Below are positions 42,884 through 52,427 of a stretch of DNA of 64,000 nucleotides, in pieces. Source of the stretch: Nitrospirales bacterium. Its GTDB lineage: Bacteria; Nitrospirota; Nitrospiria; Nitrospirales; UBA8639. The stretch spans positions 1,824,001 through 1,888,000 of the forward strand of contig CBDBCZ010000019.1 of the NCBI GenBank assembly GCA_965203295.1. The letters run 5' to 3'. The first letter of the stretch is position 1; every line of letters begins with the position of its first letter. Under the pieces are notes generated by a model. The model was not told the origin of the DNA. It did no database searches and saw only the letters and a list, made by a program, of their open reading frames with translations. Position numbers and translations under genes: made by a program.

Positions 42884-43696
42884 TTAGGTCTTGCTGGCTT
42901 CTTTTGATCGCTTGGCGAATCGCTGCTTCAATCTTTGGCGCGTCTCTTCGGCTTGCTCAAACATGCGGCTTTTTTCATAGGTATTAATAAGATTGTAATA
43001 TGCAAGTGGCTCATCGGGGTTATGGTCCACGGCCTCTTCCATCACTTTCACAGCAAGCTCCGGCCTTTTAATATTCAGTGCTATTTTCATTAACTTGAAA
43101 CTGCATTCTAAGTGATGAGGGTCGAATTCCAACACCTTCATATACGCCTGAATAGCCATATCCAGGGTATTGTAATCAGAGACGGCAGGGTTATCGAGTT
43201 GTTCGTACACTTCTGCTAAATTGAACCACGCTATAGGATCTTCTGGAGTGACTTCTATGAGCCGTTCGAAAAAATCCTTCGCCTTCCAATATTCTTTTTT
43301 ATCACTGAAAAGACGACCGAGATTAAACAATGCCAGAACATCATATTTGTTTAATTCCAATGCTCGCTCGAACTGCGGAATGGCATCATCCATCATGCCT
43401 TTCGTGCCATAGATGGTCCCTAAATTGGAATAATGCATGGCCAAGGATCGATCCATCTCGGTCCGCAAACCCTCAGCCATTTCGACAGATTTTTTTACCT
43501 CTGCAAGGGCTTCATCAAGTTGGCCTTTACTAAAATACAACTCACCGAGACGGCAGCGAGCCTGAAAATCATCAGGTTCCTCGCTTAGCAATTTTTCCAA
43601 TTCGGCGATTTCCTCTTCAGGGCTCAGTGGTTGCTCATCAACCCCACTCCCGGAACTACCTTCTTCAAGTCCTTTTTCGAGATTTTGCTCTTCCAT
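42884..43696 (-). CDS. TPR-repeat protein
   Basis: Multiple TPR units (NLGTIY, FERALELN, AWFNLAEVY). Confidence 0.88.
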   Translation of the reverse strand: MEEQNLEKGLEEGSSGSGVDEQPLSPEEEIAELEKLLSEEPDDFQARCRLGELYFSKGQLDEALAEVKKSVEMAEGLRTEMDRSLAMHYSNLGTIYGTKGMMDDAIPQFERALELNKYDVLALFNLGRLFSDKKEYWKAKDFFERLIEVTPEDPIAWFNLAEVYEQLDNPAVSDYNTLDMAIQAYMKVLEFDPHHLECSFKLMKIALNIKRPELAVKVMEEAVDHNPDEPLAYYNLINTYEKSRMFEQAEETRQRLKQRFAKRSKEASKT

Positions 43697-43711
43697 AGCG
43701 TTTACTCTTTC

Positions 43712-44857
43712 TTACCGTGCTTCACCCAACATCGTAGGCGCTGATGAATATACAAGGTCATTTTCAAGGTCATTTTTAGATTTTACCCTTAATTTTCCGA
43801 AAGTCCCACGTTTATCCATATTTAAAAGCATCAATCCAACCACCACCATCAATGTCAGATGGGAGAGTTGAAGAGCGTATCCAGCCATAAACATGAGTCC
43901 CAATCCATAACCTGCTAATCGACCGATTAGCACCAATTTGATGATGGTATAGGCCCAACAGATCAATCCTGCCATATAAAAGGCGAAGGGCAAGTAAAAT
44001 GTATACCCCATGCCCATTTGAAAAATCCAACCAATGCCTTGGCCGGCTTTTCTCGCCTCTTCCGCCATGTTTTCATCATAGAGTAACAGAAAAAAATCCA
44101 GGAAGAGAAGGACAAAAAAGACCGTCCCTCCACTAGCTAGTAAGGTCATTGCACGACGTTTCTGAGCCTTATTTTTCGTAAAAAATGGGGTACTCCCATA
44201 TGCCCAAAACACCAAGATACTGGCCAACACCATTAATGCCTCTCCGATGCGATTGATTTCGTGAACCAGCGGTGGAGGATTCAAGACTCCGAAATACCCA
44301 TAGCCTGTGGACATCGTCTGATAATAAATCCATCCCCCTATCCCCAGCAGAAAACTGCCCACAGCAACACGCTGACTCACCACATGATGCGACTGCATAA
44401 ATTGAGTGCCAAGGATAACCAACACCGCTAATGAGACCAGATTATACAGAACCGCACCTAACATCGCAGGTGGAAAGACGAGAAACACAACGGTTAGGAG
44501 GACTAAGAGCGACACCGAGGGGACTAACACAGAATCGGGCCACCCAGTCCAGGAGATCTGTTGAATTTTTTGGATCAGTAAAATAAAAATGACGAGGAAG
44601 AGAAGGATGGACGTGACATTTAATAGGACGAACCCTAAGGATGAAAGGGTTTGGAACGTAATTTTGACAAATGCATATTTTTCGGAAATCTTGGACAAAT
44701 GCATGCCAAGACGTGAAACCAAGCGGTACAGGACCAGCTCTAAAAAACCAGCTAAAAGCAAGAACTTGACCGCATATTCAAATAGAAATCCCGCTCCGTC
44801 AGATTGTGAATTGACTTTACTCTCGGCGGGCGTATTGGGAAGACTCATATGGTTCAA
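43712..44857 (-). CDS. Polytopic membrane protein of unknown function
   Basis: About 9-10 hydrophobic segments; co-oriented within the cluster. Confidence 0.8.
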   Translation of the reverse strand: MNHMSLPNTPAESKVNSQSDGAGFLFEYAVKFLLLAGFLELVLYRLVSRLGMHLSKISEKYAFVKITFQTLSSLGFVLLNVTSILLFLVIFILLIQKIQQISWTGWPDSVLVPSVSLLVLLTVVFLVFPPAMLGAVLYNLVSLAVLVILGTQFMQSHHVVSQRVAVGSFLLGIGGWIYYQTMSTGYGYFGVLNPPPLVHEINRIGEALMVLASILVFWAYGSTPFFTKNKAQKRRAMTLLASGGTVFFVLLFLDFFLLLYDENMAEEARKAGQGIGWIFQMGMGYTFYLPFAFYMAGLICWAYTIIKLVLIGRLAGYGLGLMFMAGYALQLSHLTLMVVVGLMLLNMDKRGTFGKLRVKSKNDLENDLVYSSAPTMLGEAR

Positions 44858-44926
44858 ACAACCAATCGAAAATTCAAAGACTAATTCACTTCTAAGCTAA
44901 CGGCTCTTATCTCCATATCCCTGAAA

Positions 44927-46702
44927 CTAGACAGTTGTATGTTCCGGAGCAGCATGCTTCATCTTGTGCCGAGATATATAAAGAAGCCCATCAGCCATTG
45001 AATAGTTAAACGGCAGTTCACAAACAACTTCGCTGACTTTTCCATAGACATATTGATAGAGCTTCTCAGCTTGTTCCGGGGTCATGCCTTCTTGAACCTC
45101 ATAGAAAAACCCTAAACTCAAATCCTCCGAAGCTGGCCTCATAATTCGGTGAACTCCATACCCACTCGGATCACTCATAATTGGGGCTTCTTTTTCTAAA
45201 TCAAAAAGACAGGGCTGGCAGGAAAATCCATAGGAGGAATTGAGCTTGGTATTCTCTACAATGAAATTCATGGTTTCCAAGGCTTCTTCTTCTGTCTCGG
45301 TGGGAAATCCCACGATAATATAACAATGAACCGCAATTCCCAGATCAACACAATCCGAACAAATTCGCTGGACATTCTCCTGAGTAATGCCTTTCTTCAT
45401 GAAATCCATCATGCGCGGATTGTAGGTTTCTAGCCCAAACACAATCTTTTCACATCCAGCATCTCTCATGAGCGTTAACAATTCCCTCGAAAGATTTTTT
45501 TCAAATCGCAGCTCAGCCGTCCACTCAATATCAAAATCCCTTGATGAAATTTCCTTGCAAAGCCGTCTAGTTGGGGACAAGGCTAAGCATTCATCGGTGA
45601 AGAAAAAATAGGGGGTGTGATATTTCTCGGAAAGAAATTGCAACTCATCAACCACTTTGTTGGGATCTTTTTGACGGAAGTTTTGGTGGTCAAGCGTCAA
45701 GGCACAAAATGCGCAATCTTTGTAATAACATCCCCTTGAGAATTGAACCGGTAAAACCGTCCGCGGTGCGAGATATCGATCAAGCGGAAATCCATCATAA
45801 TTCGGTGCGGGATGCTGGGCCAAGTTCTCAGAATAAAACGGTTGATTGACCACAATTTTGCCGTTCTGCCGATAAATGAGATTGGGAACTTTGGAAAAAT
45901 TTCGTTTCCCCTCAAGTTGATTCACTAATTCTAGAAGAGCTGTTTCTCCTTCAAACACAATAAAATCATCAGTTACTTCAAATAGCCGCTCACACCTCCT
46001 CAAGTTATCAACCAACCGTGTAAAAATGCTTCCGCCAATCGTCACATGAATATCCGGAAACGATTCTTTGATCAACCGGCACAGGGTCAGCCCAGGAATA
46101 ATTTGTGAAGTCGCCGTAATGGATATTCCAAGCAAATCCGGAGCATCTTCAACGATGAATTGAAGGAAGTAATTCTGAAAGAGACTAATATAGGGGTTTT
46201 GGCCTTCGTCCTTAATGGCCTTCATAATATCTCGGGACGAATAAATGGAGTAACTTAACTGGTTATCCACCACTGTAAGTCGGGTAGGAAAATAAACAGA
46301 TGAAACGACCTCTAACCATTTATCTATCGTAAAAAGACATTCCTGATACCGTTCGATATCATAAAACTCTTCTCCTCGTAATGAGGCCTTGGCCGGTTCT
46401 ATTTGATCAATAAGCATAGGGAAACGATCTAATGATTCAACAAGCTTAGCATAATGTTCATCGCTATTTGGTCCCGTTTCCCCGTTTCGAGAATGCTCCA
46501 AACTTTTCAACTTCTCCATAAGAAGAGCATACACTTCAATCCCATAAGTCCTGGATAAGACAGTATCAAGCAATTCAATATTGATATCCTTTTGTCTCGT
46601 TGAAGTAATGCCCGCTTGACCTAAAAAAGCTGTCAAACAGGGTAAGCTGAGGTATGGCTGAGAGGGGTGCCAACTAGGTGGAAATAATAAGGAAATCTTC
46701 AC
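44927..46702 (-). CDS. B12-binding-domain radical SAM protein
   Basis: PYLSLPCL, PDLLGIS, IGGS, EGE; SRGCYYKDCAFC (CxxxCxxC); GLET, IVGFPTET. Confidence 0.9.
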   Translation of the reverse strand: MKISLLFPPSWHPSQPYLSLPCLTAFLGQAGITSTRQKDINIELLDTVLSRTYGIEVYALLMEKLKSLEHSRNGETGPNSDEHYAKLVESLDRFPMLIDQIEPAKASLRGEEFYDIERYQECLFTIDKWLEVVSSVYFPTRLTVVDNQLSYSIYSSRDIMKAIKDEGQNPYISLFQNYFLQFIVEDAPDLLGISITATSQIIPGLTLCRLIKESFPDIHVTIGGSIFTRLVDNLRRCERLFEVTDDFIVFEGETALLELVNQLEGKRNFSKVPNLIYRQNGKIVVNQPFYSENLAQHPAPNYDGFPLDRYLAPRTVLPVQFSRGCYYKDCAFCALTLDHQNFRQKDPNKVVDELQFLSEKYHTPYFFFTDECLALSPTRRLCKEISSRDFDIEWTAELRFEKNLSRELLTLMRDAGCEKIVFGLETYNPRMMDFMKKGITQENVQRICSDCVDLGIAVHCYIIVGFPTETEEEALETMNFIVENTKLNSSYGFSCQPCLFDLEKEAPIMSDPSGYGVHRIMRPASEDLSLGFFYEVQEGMTPEQAEKLYQYVYGKVSEVVCELPFNYSMADGLLYISRHKMKHAAPEHTTV

Positions 46703-46963
46703 AACATTCCCTCATACAAATAAATAATAAAATGAACCCTTGAGGCTTTTCTACGATACGGCTATTCTTCTTTATTAAAGTCCAATAGTGATAGATCCAC
46801 ATATCTGGGATACTCCCATCTAACCTCTTTATACACGTGCTTTCCTTTCCTTTGCAACTGATTGTCAGCTATTCCTGTCTTGTGCCATGATCTCTTCTAG
46901 AAGCCAATAAACTATTGCACACATATAACCAGTGAAGGAAAATATCCGATATGGAGGGAAGAC

Positions 46964-47013
46964 AAAAAAACCCACAGCCCAACTTTTCTTTCAAGCTGGA
47001 CTGAGGGTTTTTT
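46964..47013. terminator. Intrinsic, probably bidirectional, terminator downstream of nxrC
   Basis: AAAAAAACCC...GGGTTTTTT imperfect hairpin with T-tracts on both strands. Confidence 0.7.
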
Positions 47014-47061
47014 ACTCTCTTTAATTTCGTTATAAGGACTAAAGTCGTCCGAACGTCGGGC

Positions 47062-48015
47062 TTACGGCATTTTGGCCGAGAACCAGGTCGAAATGCCCTT
47101 CATCCCATTCCGTTCCACGTTCTGCCCATCCCAGACCGCAAAAGCCACCGGAATCGTCGCCCCGGCCAGGAATTGCACATCATTCGCATCACTCGTTGTC
47201 AGCGCCCGTCGCATCACCACCCGCCAGGTCGGGCCACTGCAGCACCCACCCTTGAGGGCTCCGTACGGCTCCCACAACCCATTCCCCATCACATCTTGCG
47301 AGCCTTGCGTTGTGAGCGTGCTGAACCCATTCGCATTCAAATCCTCGACCGAGCTCTTCCGCAAATTCGGGTCCGACATGATATTGCCTGACCAAATCCC
47401 GGGATTGAAGGGCCCGAGGCTCCGCCCAATCCGATCCGGATAGGTCACACCACTAGCCGGCTCTTCATAATAGAAGTCCCATGCAATCGAGGGATATTGA
47501 TTGTCCACATCCCACATGCCGGCCACGCCAACTCCCATGTCCTTCTGCCATTCCGCGTTCCACCGCCAGATATTCACGGTGCCGCCGGATTGGCCCATAC
47601 ATTGGAACGGAGGGGCGCCCGAGGTTTGCACCGGGAACTGCACGGCGACTTGATCCCGAAAGTCCTGGGGCCCAATGGTGGTATTATTTAAGGTTTGATC
47701 CCCCCAATTGGCCCAGACCCCAATTTCCTTCCCATTGGTGGCCATTTTGACCATCACGGTTTTGACCGAAATATTCGGGTGCATGGGGGTCGTGATCGTT
47801 TGGCCGCTTAAGGGCACGACCACCCCTGGCACGGTTTCCCAGATAGGATTCGCAGCATCCATCGGAATGGCACCGCTAATTTTCCCTACCGGAATCGTCA
47901 CCGGCTGGCTTACAGCCAAGGGCACCTGCCCTACGGTCAACATCACCCCAACAACAAGGGCAGCGAGAAGAATTTCAAACACCAGGCGTTTGTTACGCGT
48001 CTGCACTACTCTCAT
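47062..48015 (-). CDS. nxrC: Nitrite oxidoreductase gamma subunit candidate (EbdC-like heme b)
   Basis: Signal/TM, FRDQVAVQFP, FQCMGQ, VNIWRWNAEWQ, VAFAVWDG.N.ERNGMK; strong RBS AAGGAGG; follows TorD-like chaperone. Confidence 0.82.
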   Translation of the reverse strand: MRVVQTRNKRLVFEILLAALVVGVMLTVGQVPLAVSQPVTIPVGKISGAIPMDAANPIWETVPGVVVPLSGQTITTPMHPNISVKTVMVKMATNGKEIGVWANWGDQTLNNTTIGPQDFRDQVAVQFPVQTSGAPPFQCMGQSGGTVNIWRWNAEWQKDMGVGVAGMWDVDNQYPSIAWDFYYEEPASGVTYPDRIGRSLGPFNPGIWSGNIMSDPNLRKSSVEDLNANGFSTLTTQGSQDVMGNGLWEPYGALKGGCCSGPTWRVVMRRALTTSDANDVQFLAGATIPVAFAVWDGQNVERNGMKGISTWFSAKMP

Positions 48016-48152
48016 AATGACGCATCCTCCTTTAATAAAAGATTAAATCAAGATGACTGCGGACTGATAATTTACCACACGAAGCATAACTCCATCAATA
48101 TGTTCTATCATCATGTGGGGCTATATTTAGAAAATACCAAATACGCCACAGA

Positions 48153-49124
48153 TTAGGCGTTTCCTGATTGACCTTTTTCCTCCTGTGTTTCTTTATCCAG
48201 ATAAGTTTGGGCTCCAACCTCGTTCATTAATAGATCTAATTCGTTTCCTTTATCTTGGGCTCCACATTCAAAAGACTGTCCTTCCGGGGAAGTGTAAATG
48301 GCTGGCCGATAATCCGTTTCCGAATAGGACTGGGGAGAAACCCCCAAATAAGCCACTTCAAAAGAAACCCATTCTGCGGTTAAATCAGCGATAATCTTGT
48401 AGAGACCAAACCCAGCCTTTTTCCGTAACATTCCAGCAAATAATGGAACCCATCGACCAATATGTTCTTTGACAAACTTTTTTTCGGCCTCCACAACAGT
48501 CTGTAATTTTTCAGTGCTGTCATGACATATGGCATACGACTCTTTATAGGCTAGAAAATGGAGAAACTCCAACTCAACGCTTAAATGATCCAACCGTTCA
48601 TGAATATCTTGAGAAAGTTGAAGTCCAAAGGCCGAATAAAAACCTGCGATGTCTCCCATCACATAGGACTGGCCAAAAACATGATCATTTCCAAAAAGGG
48701 TTTCATAAGGGGGACAATCAAGAGATATGACATTACTAAACACTCTCCGGTGGTCATCCCGAAGATCTTGAATATTCAAATTCATCGCCTCGGAGGATAC
48801 CCACTCCTCAGCGGCATCCAGATGTTTAGTAATACCCTCTAAATGTTCAGAAGCTTCTTCCCCACCCTTTCCTTCCAACGATGTCCTAAGACTCGCAAGG
48901 GCGGCCTTACCATCTTCAACAAATTCACCACTCTGTAAGTAATCAAGAAATTCGTCGTCCTCGGGATAGAGAAAACTCCAGGAAACTAATAAATAAAGCT
49001 TACTCCTAGATAAGGCCCGCTCAACAGCAGGAGAATCCTTTAGCGCAGAAAATCGGCCGCCATTTGCGGCATTGGCAGCCTGATTCACTGGCTGAGCCTG
49101 ACTCCCTTTTGCGCTTGTTGCCAT
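48153..49124 (-). CDS. TorD/DmsD/NarJ family molybdoenzyme chaperone
   Basis: CPPYET, DIAGFYSAFG, ERLDHLSVELEFLHFL, F..EHIGRW. Confidence 0.88.
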   Translation of the reverse strand: MATSAKGSQAQPVNQAANAANGGRFSALKDSPAVERALSRSKLYLLVSWSFLYPEDDEFLDYLQSGEFVEDGKAALASLRTSLEGKGGEEASEHLEGITKHLDAAEEWVSSEAMNLNIQDLRDDHRRVFSNVISLDCPPYETLFGNDHVFGQSYVMGDIAGFYSAFGLQLSQDIHERLDHLSVELEFLHFLAYKESYAICHDSTEKLQTVVEAEKKFVKEHIGRWVPLFAGMLRKKAGFGLYKIIADLTAEWVSFEVAYLGVSPQSYSETDYRPAIYTSPEGQSFECGAQDKGNELDLLMNEVGAQTYLDKETQEEKGQSGNA

Positions 49125-49245
49125 ATATTTTAATTATAGAAAATAAAAAACTTTAAAATTAAAAATTTTTCAGGACTCAACCACTCACCCTCATAGACCT
49201 AATGACCTACTATTAGGTTTCTGACCTTATGAAACTGAGGAGCGG

Positions 49246-49274
49246 ATCATAGGCCAACTGGTTAATGAAGTCAA
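49246..49274 (-). promoter_or_regulatory. Sigma-70-type promoter for chaperone-nxrC
   Basis: TTGACT-17 bp-TATGAT on the minus strand. Confidence 0.6.
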
Positions 49275-49364
49275 GCGAAAAATCTGACTCTCCCAAAACC
49301 GTCTCCCTCCACAAACAATTTTCATGACTTTATTCGCAAAACAAAGAAATCCCCAATAAATAAG

Positions 49365-49991
49365 CTAAATATTCAAGTCTCGAGCTGGAATCACCTTGAT
49401 CGCGATTCGATCATTCACCGTTTTACACACATGTTCACAGACCCCACATCCCACACATAATTGCTCATGGACTGAAACGCGAAAAGCAGAAAAATCCATA
49501 TAAATAGCCTCTGTAGGACATTTCGAAACACACGAATTACAGCCTTGTCCAGCTGTACAGTATTGGTGAGAGACTCTGGCGAGCCCCATGGAAACTTCCT
49601 GCGGTTCCTTAAGAGGCAAAAGGGCTTCTGTCTCACAAACATCTATACAAGGAAAATCTTCACATAAGTAACAAGGTTTTTCATCAGAAAAAATGACCGG
49701 GCTTTCATCTTCAACGCTTACCCGAATGGCTCCAAACGGACAGGCTTCCACGCAATCCACACAGGATGTACAACGATCCAAAAATAAGGACTCCTCCACC
49801 GCACCAGGTGGACGGAGCCAGTCCGTTCGGAGTTTAGGCACATCCTTAACCTTTTCCTTGGAGGCATCACGATGCTTGATGTATTCATGGACTGTCACCC
49901 CTAAGGACACCACAGATTGCTTAATAAAATTTCTTCGTCCCAGCGCGTCACCGGATGACTCGGCTTCCGATCTTGGTGGTTTGGAGGACAT
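49365..49991 (-). CDS. NapF/NapG-like polyferredoxin (4Fe-4S dicluster)
   Basis: RRNFIK, LRPPGA, several CxxCxxCxxxC(P) motifs. Confidence 0.88.
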   Translation of the reverse strand: MSSKPPRSEAESSGDALGRRNFIKQSVVSLGVTVHEYIKHRDASKEKVKDVPKLRTDWLRPPGAVEESLFLDRCTSCVDCVEACPFGAIRVSVEDESPVIFSDEKPCYLCEDFPCIDVCETEALLPLKEPQEVSMGLARVSHQYCTAGQGCNSCVSKCPTEAIYMDFSAFRVSVHEQLCVGCGVCEHVCKTVNDRIAIKVIPARDLNI

Positions 49992-50081
49992 AGCCGTTAT
50001 TCAGGAGAATAAAGAAAGAGAAGAGGAGCGTTGATGACTTACCACAACGACACTGAAACGCAAAACGGGATTCCACAGATT

Positions 50082-51080
50082 CTAGACAACGCCTGCTGCT
50101 CTCAGCTTGTAGACCTCGACACATCGATCGCAAGCGCCATATTCCACATCCCAACCCGGATGGTTTTCTCGGATATAATCTAAAACATACGTTTCGACTT
50201 TTTCATCTAGATCTTCGACCCAGGAATACGTAGGGAATCGGCAAAGTGGACAGGGAAATCCTGGCATAAGAAGGGGCTTGGTTGGAACATCTGGAACTTC
50301 ACCTTCCTCAATTTCTACAGCACGCTCAATAACGCGTGCGGTATCCGACGCCATCTCGGTTAATTCCGCATGACTTAACTTTTCAGTTTGCCAAAGCCCT
50401 TCAAAAACTGATTCAATCTGACCTGCCGGAATTTTTCGATACCAGGATCGAAACTCACGCAACCGATACTCCCGACTAAACATAGGCTCTTTTCCAGCCA
50501 GCACCAAGCGACTATCGACATGCTGACACCACAATACACGATACCGGTTCACAATGAGATGTTCTTCTCCGGGATTGAATCCTACTTTCGTATCAGGGTC
50601 ATACCCAAACGCCTCATCAAGCATATCCTCGATGTGTGTGAGTTCATGGCGGAAATAGCGGCTCAAAGCCGGATCATAGAAACGACGGGGAACGAGTTTG
50701 ATTCCAATTCCTTTAAGGCCTTCTTCTTCAAATTTTCTGGCCAGCTTCTCCTCAACAGCTCCCCACTTTCGAAGAATATCCACACCCTCCTGGTCTTCTT
50801 TGAGCACCCCACGCACCAAGACAATGCCAATCTTTGCTTTAACTTCGGGAAATTCATTGAATGCATCCTGTATAATGTCAGCAAATCCCCATTTGGCAAA
50901 CAATTGCTGATACAGCCTTTTAAATTCTGATTCGCGATCATCTAAGGAAAACTTCTCATAAATAGGATCAGCGAATTCGTGGAATTCGTTGTAGTACGTG
51001 GGATCCCCTTCCCGCTCAGTTTTTTCAGCAAAGGAGTCGATCACTTCTTGAAGGAGGGCTGGTTGAAATCGAATTTCCAT
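50082..51080 (-). CDS. Hypothetical protein with HExxH motif and C-terminal CxxC...CxxC
   Basis: RHELTHIED; FPCPLC and ACDRC. Confidence 0.75.
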   Translation of the reverse strand: MEIRFQPALLQEVIDSFAEKTEREGDPTYYNEFHEFADPIYEKFSLDDRESEFKRLYQQLFAKWGFADIIQDAFNEFPEVKAKIGIVLVRGVLKEDQEGVDILRKWGAVEEKLARKFEEEGLKGIGIKLVPRRFYDPALSRYFRHELTHIEDMLDEAFGYDPDTKVGFNPGEEHLIVNRYRVLWCQHVDSRLVLAGKEPMFSREYRLREFRSWYRKIPAGQIESVFEGLWQTEKLSHAELTEMASDTARVIERAVEIEEGEVPDVPTKPLLMPGFPCPLCRFPTYSWVEDLDEKVETYVLDYIRENHPGWDVEYGACDRCVEVYKLRAAGVV

Positions 51081-51188
51081 TTTCTCTAGTTCCCTTAAAT
51101 TCCGGTAAACGGCCTCACCAATTTGATGGCCTATATGTGAACATTATATTAGCAAGAAATCCCTAGGTTAGTAATGCAGCCTCTCGGC

Positions 51189-51218
51189 TTGACTCCTCAT
51201 GAAATAGGTCGCTAGTAT
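51189..51218 (+). promoter_or_regulatory. Candidate sigma-70 promoter for WD40 gene
   Basis: TTGACT-18 bp-TAGTAT. Confidence 0.4.
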
Positions 51219-51317
51219 CACCAGAAAAGGTAAAAACTATTATAGTGACTCCCTGTTCGCCTTGGCAAGGAGTCGGGAAACAAAAGGCAGACTCTCCGTT
51301 AATTTGAAAGGAAAATC

Positions 51318-52427
51318 ATGGATCCAGCCGTCACTCCATTCGTTCATTTGGACCCTTCCCTTGGGTCTCCAGATCAAAAACAAACCCATCCTCCCATAGA
51401 CACGCTTCAGTATTGGAAAGGCGGTGCGGAAGAAGTAAGGACGTTTATGGGCCATTCTCATGGAATATGGAGTGTGGCATATTCCCCTGACAGGTTAACA
51501 CTCGCCACTGGTGGAGCGGACCGATATCTGAGGATTTGGGACATTGAGACAGGCCGTTTGCTGAAATCACTTCGGGGCCATACCAGAGATATTCGTCAGG
51601 TTGCTTATAGCCCAGATGGAGAACTCTTAGCTTCGGGTAGCGACGACCGGACCATTCGACTTTGGAACCCTTCGACCGGGGAGACCATACGGCTTCTTTT
51701 TACCCGATACGATCATTCCGTGTGTAGCCTGTCCTTTTCTCCTGACGGATTAATGCTCGCCCGCGCCGGCCAAAATAAGGATATCAAGATTTGGGAAGTG
51801 ACAACCGGAACAGAACTCATGACCCTATTGGGAAAAGATCAATATGATCACCACTGGTCTGTATGCAATGCTTTCTCACCGGATGGCATCCACTTAGTTG
51901 CAGGAAGTGATATTGGGAAATTAAAACTTTACGAAGTCATTCCAAGTGGAGAGGAAAAGATGGTCCATCAGGGTCACTGGCGTGATGACCAGGATGATGA
52001 AGAATCAGAAGTACGGGGGTATTTTGTGGATGACCACGGAGGATTTCAAAAACCCATGGAATATTGGATCGGGGCGATCACCTTCACCCCCGATGGAAAA
52101 ACCCTCATTACCGCAAGCCGTGACGCCACCATCAAGTATTTTGAAATGCCAGAAATGAAGGAATTCCGTACTTTGAAGGGCCATTCTGAATGGATTCGTG
52201 GTTTAATTGTCTCTCACGACGGGAAAATTCTTGTCAGTGCGAGTGACGACCACACGATCAAAATGTGGGACCTTCAGACCGGACGACAATTCCGTACGCT
52301 TAAAGGGCATAAGGGACCTGTTCGGGGAATTGCCTTTTCGCCTGATGGACGTTTTCTGGCCAGTGCATCCTGGGATCGGACCGTTAAACTCTGGAAGGGA
52401 GACGAAAGCCAAATTCAACCGTCTTAA
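51318..52427 (+). CDS. WD40-repeat protein
   Basis: About seven GH...(Y/F)SPDG...(S/G)xDxxxxxW units. Confidence 0.93.
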   Translation: MDPAVTPFVHLDPSLGSPDQKQTHPPIDTLQYWKGGAEEVRTFMGHSHGIWSVAYSPDRLTLATGGADRYLRIWDIETGRLLKSLRGHTRDIRQVAYSPDGELLASGSDDRTIRLWNPSTGETIRLLFTRYDHSVCSLSFSPDGLMLARAGQNKDIKIWEVTTGTELMTLLGKDQYDHHWSVCNAFSPDGIHLVAGSDIGKLKLYEVIPSGEEKMVHQGHWRDDQDDEESEVRGYFVDDHGGFQKPMEYWIGAITFTPDGKTLITASRDATIKYFEMPEMKEFRTLKGHSEWIRGLIVSHDGKILVSASDDHTIKMWDLQTGRQFRTLKGHKGPVRGIAFSPDGRFLASASWDRTVKLWKGDESQIQPS

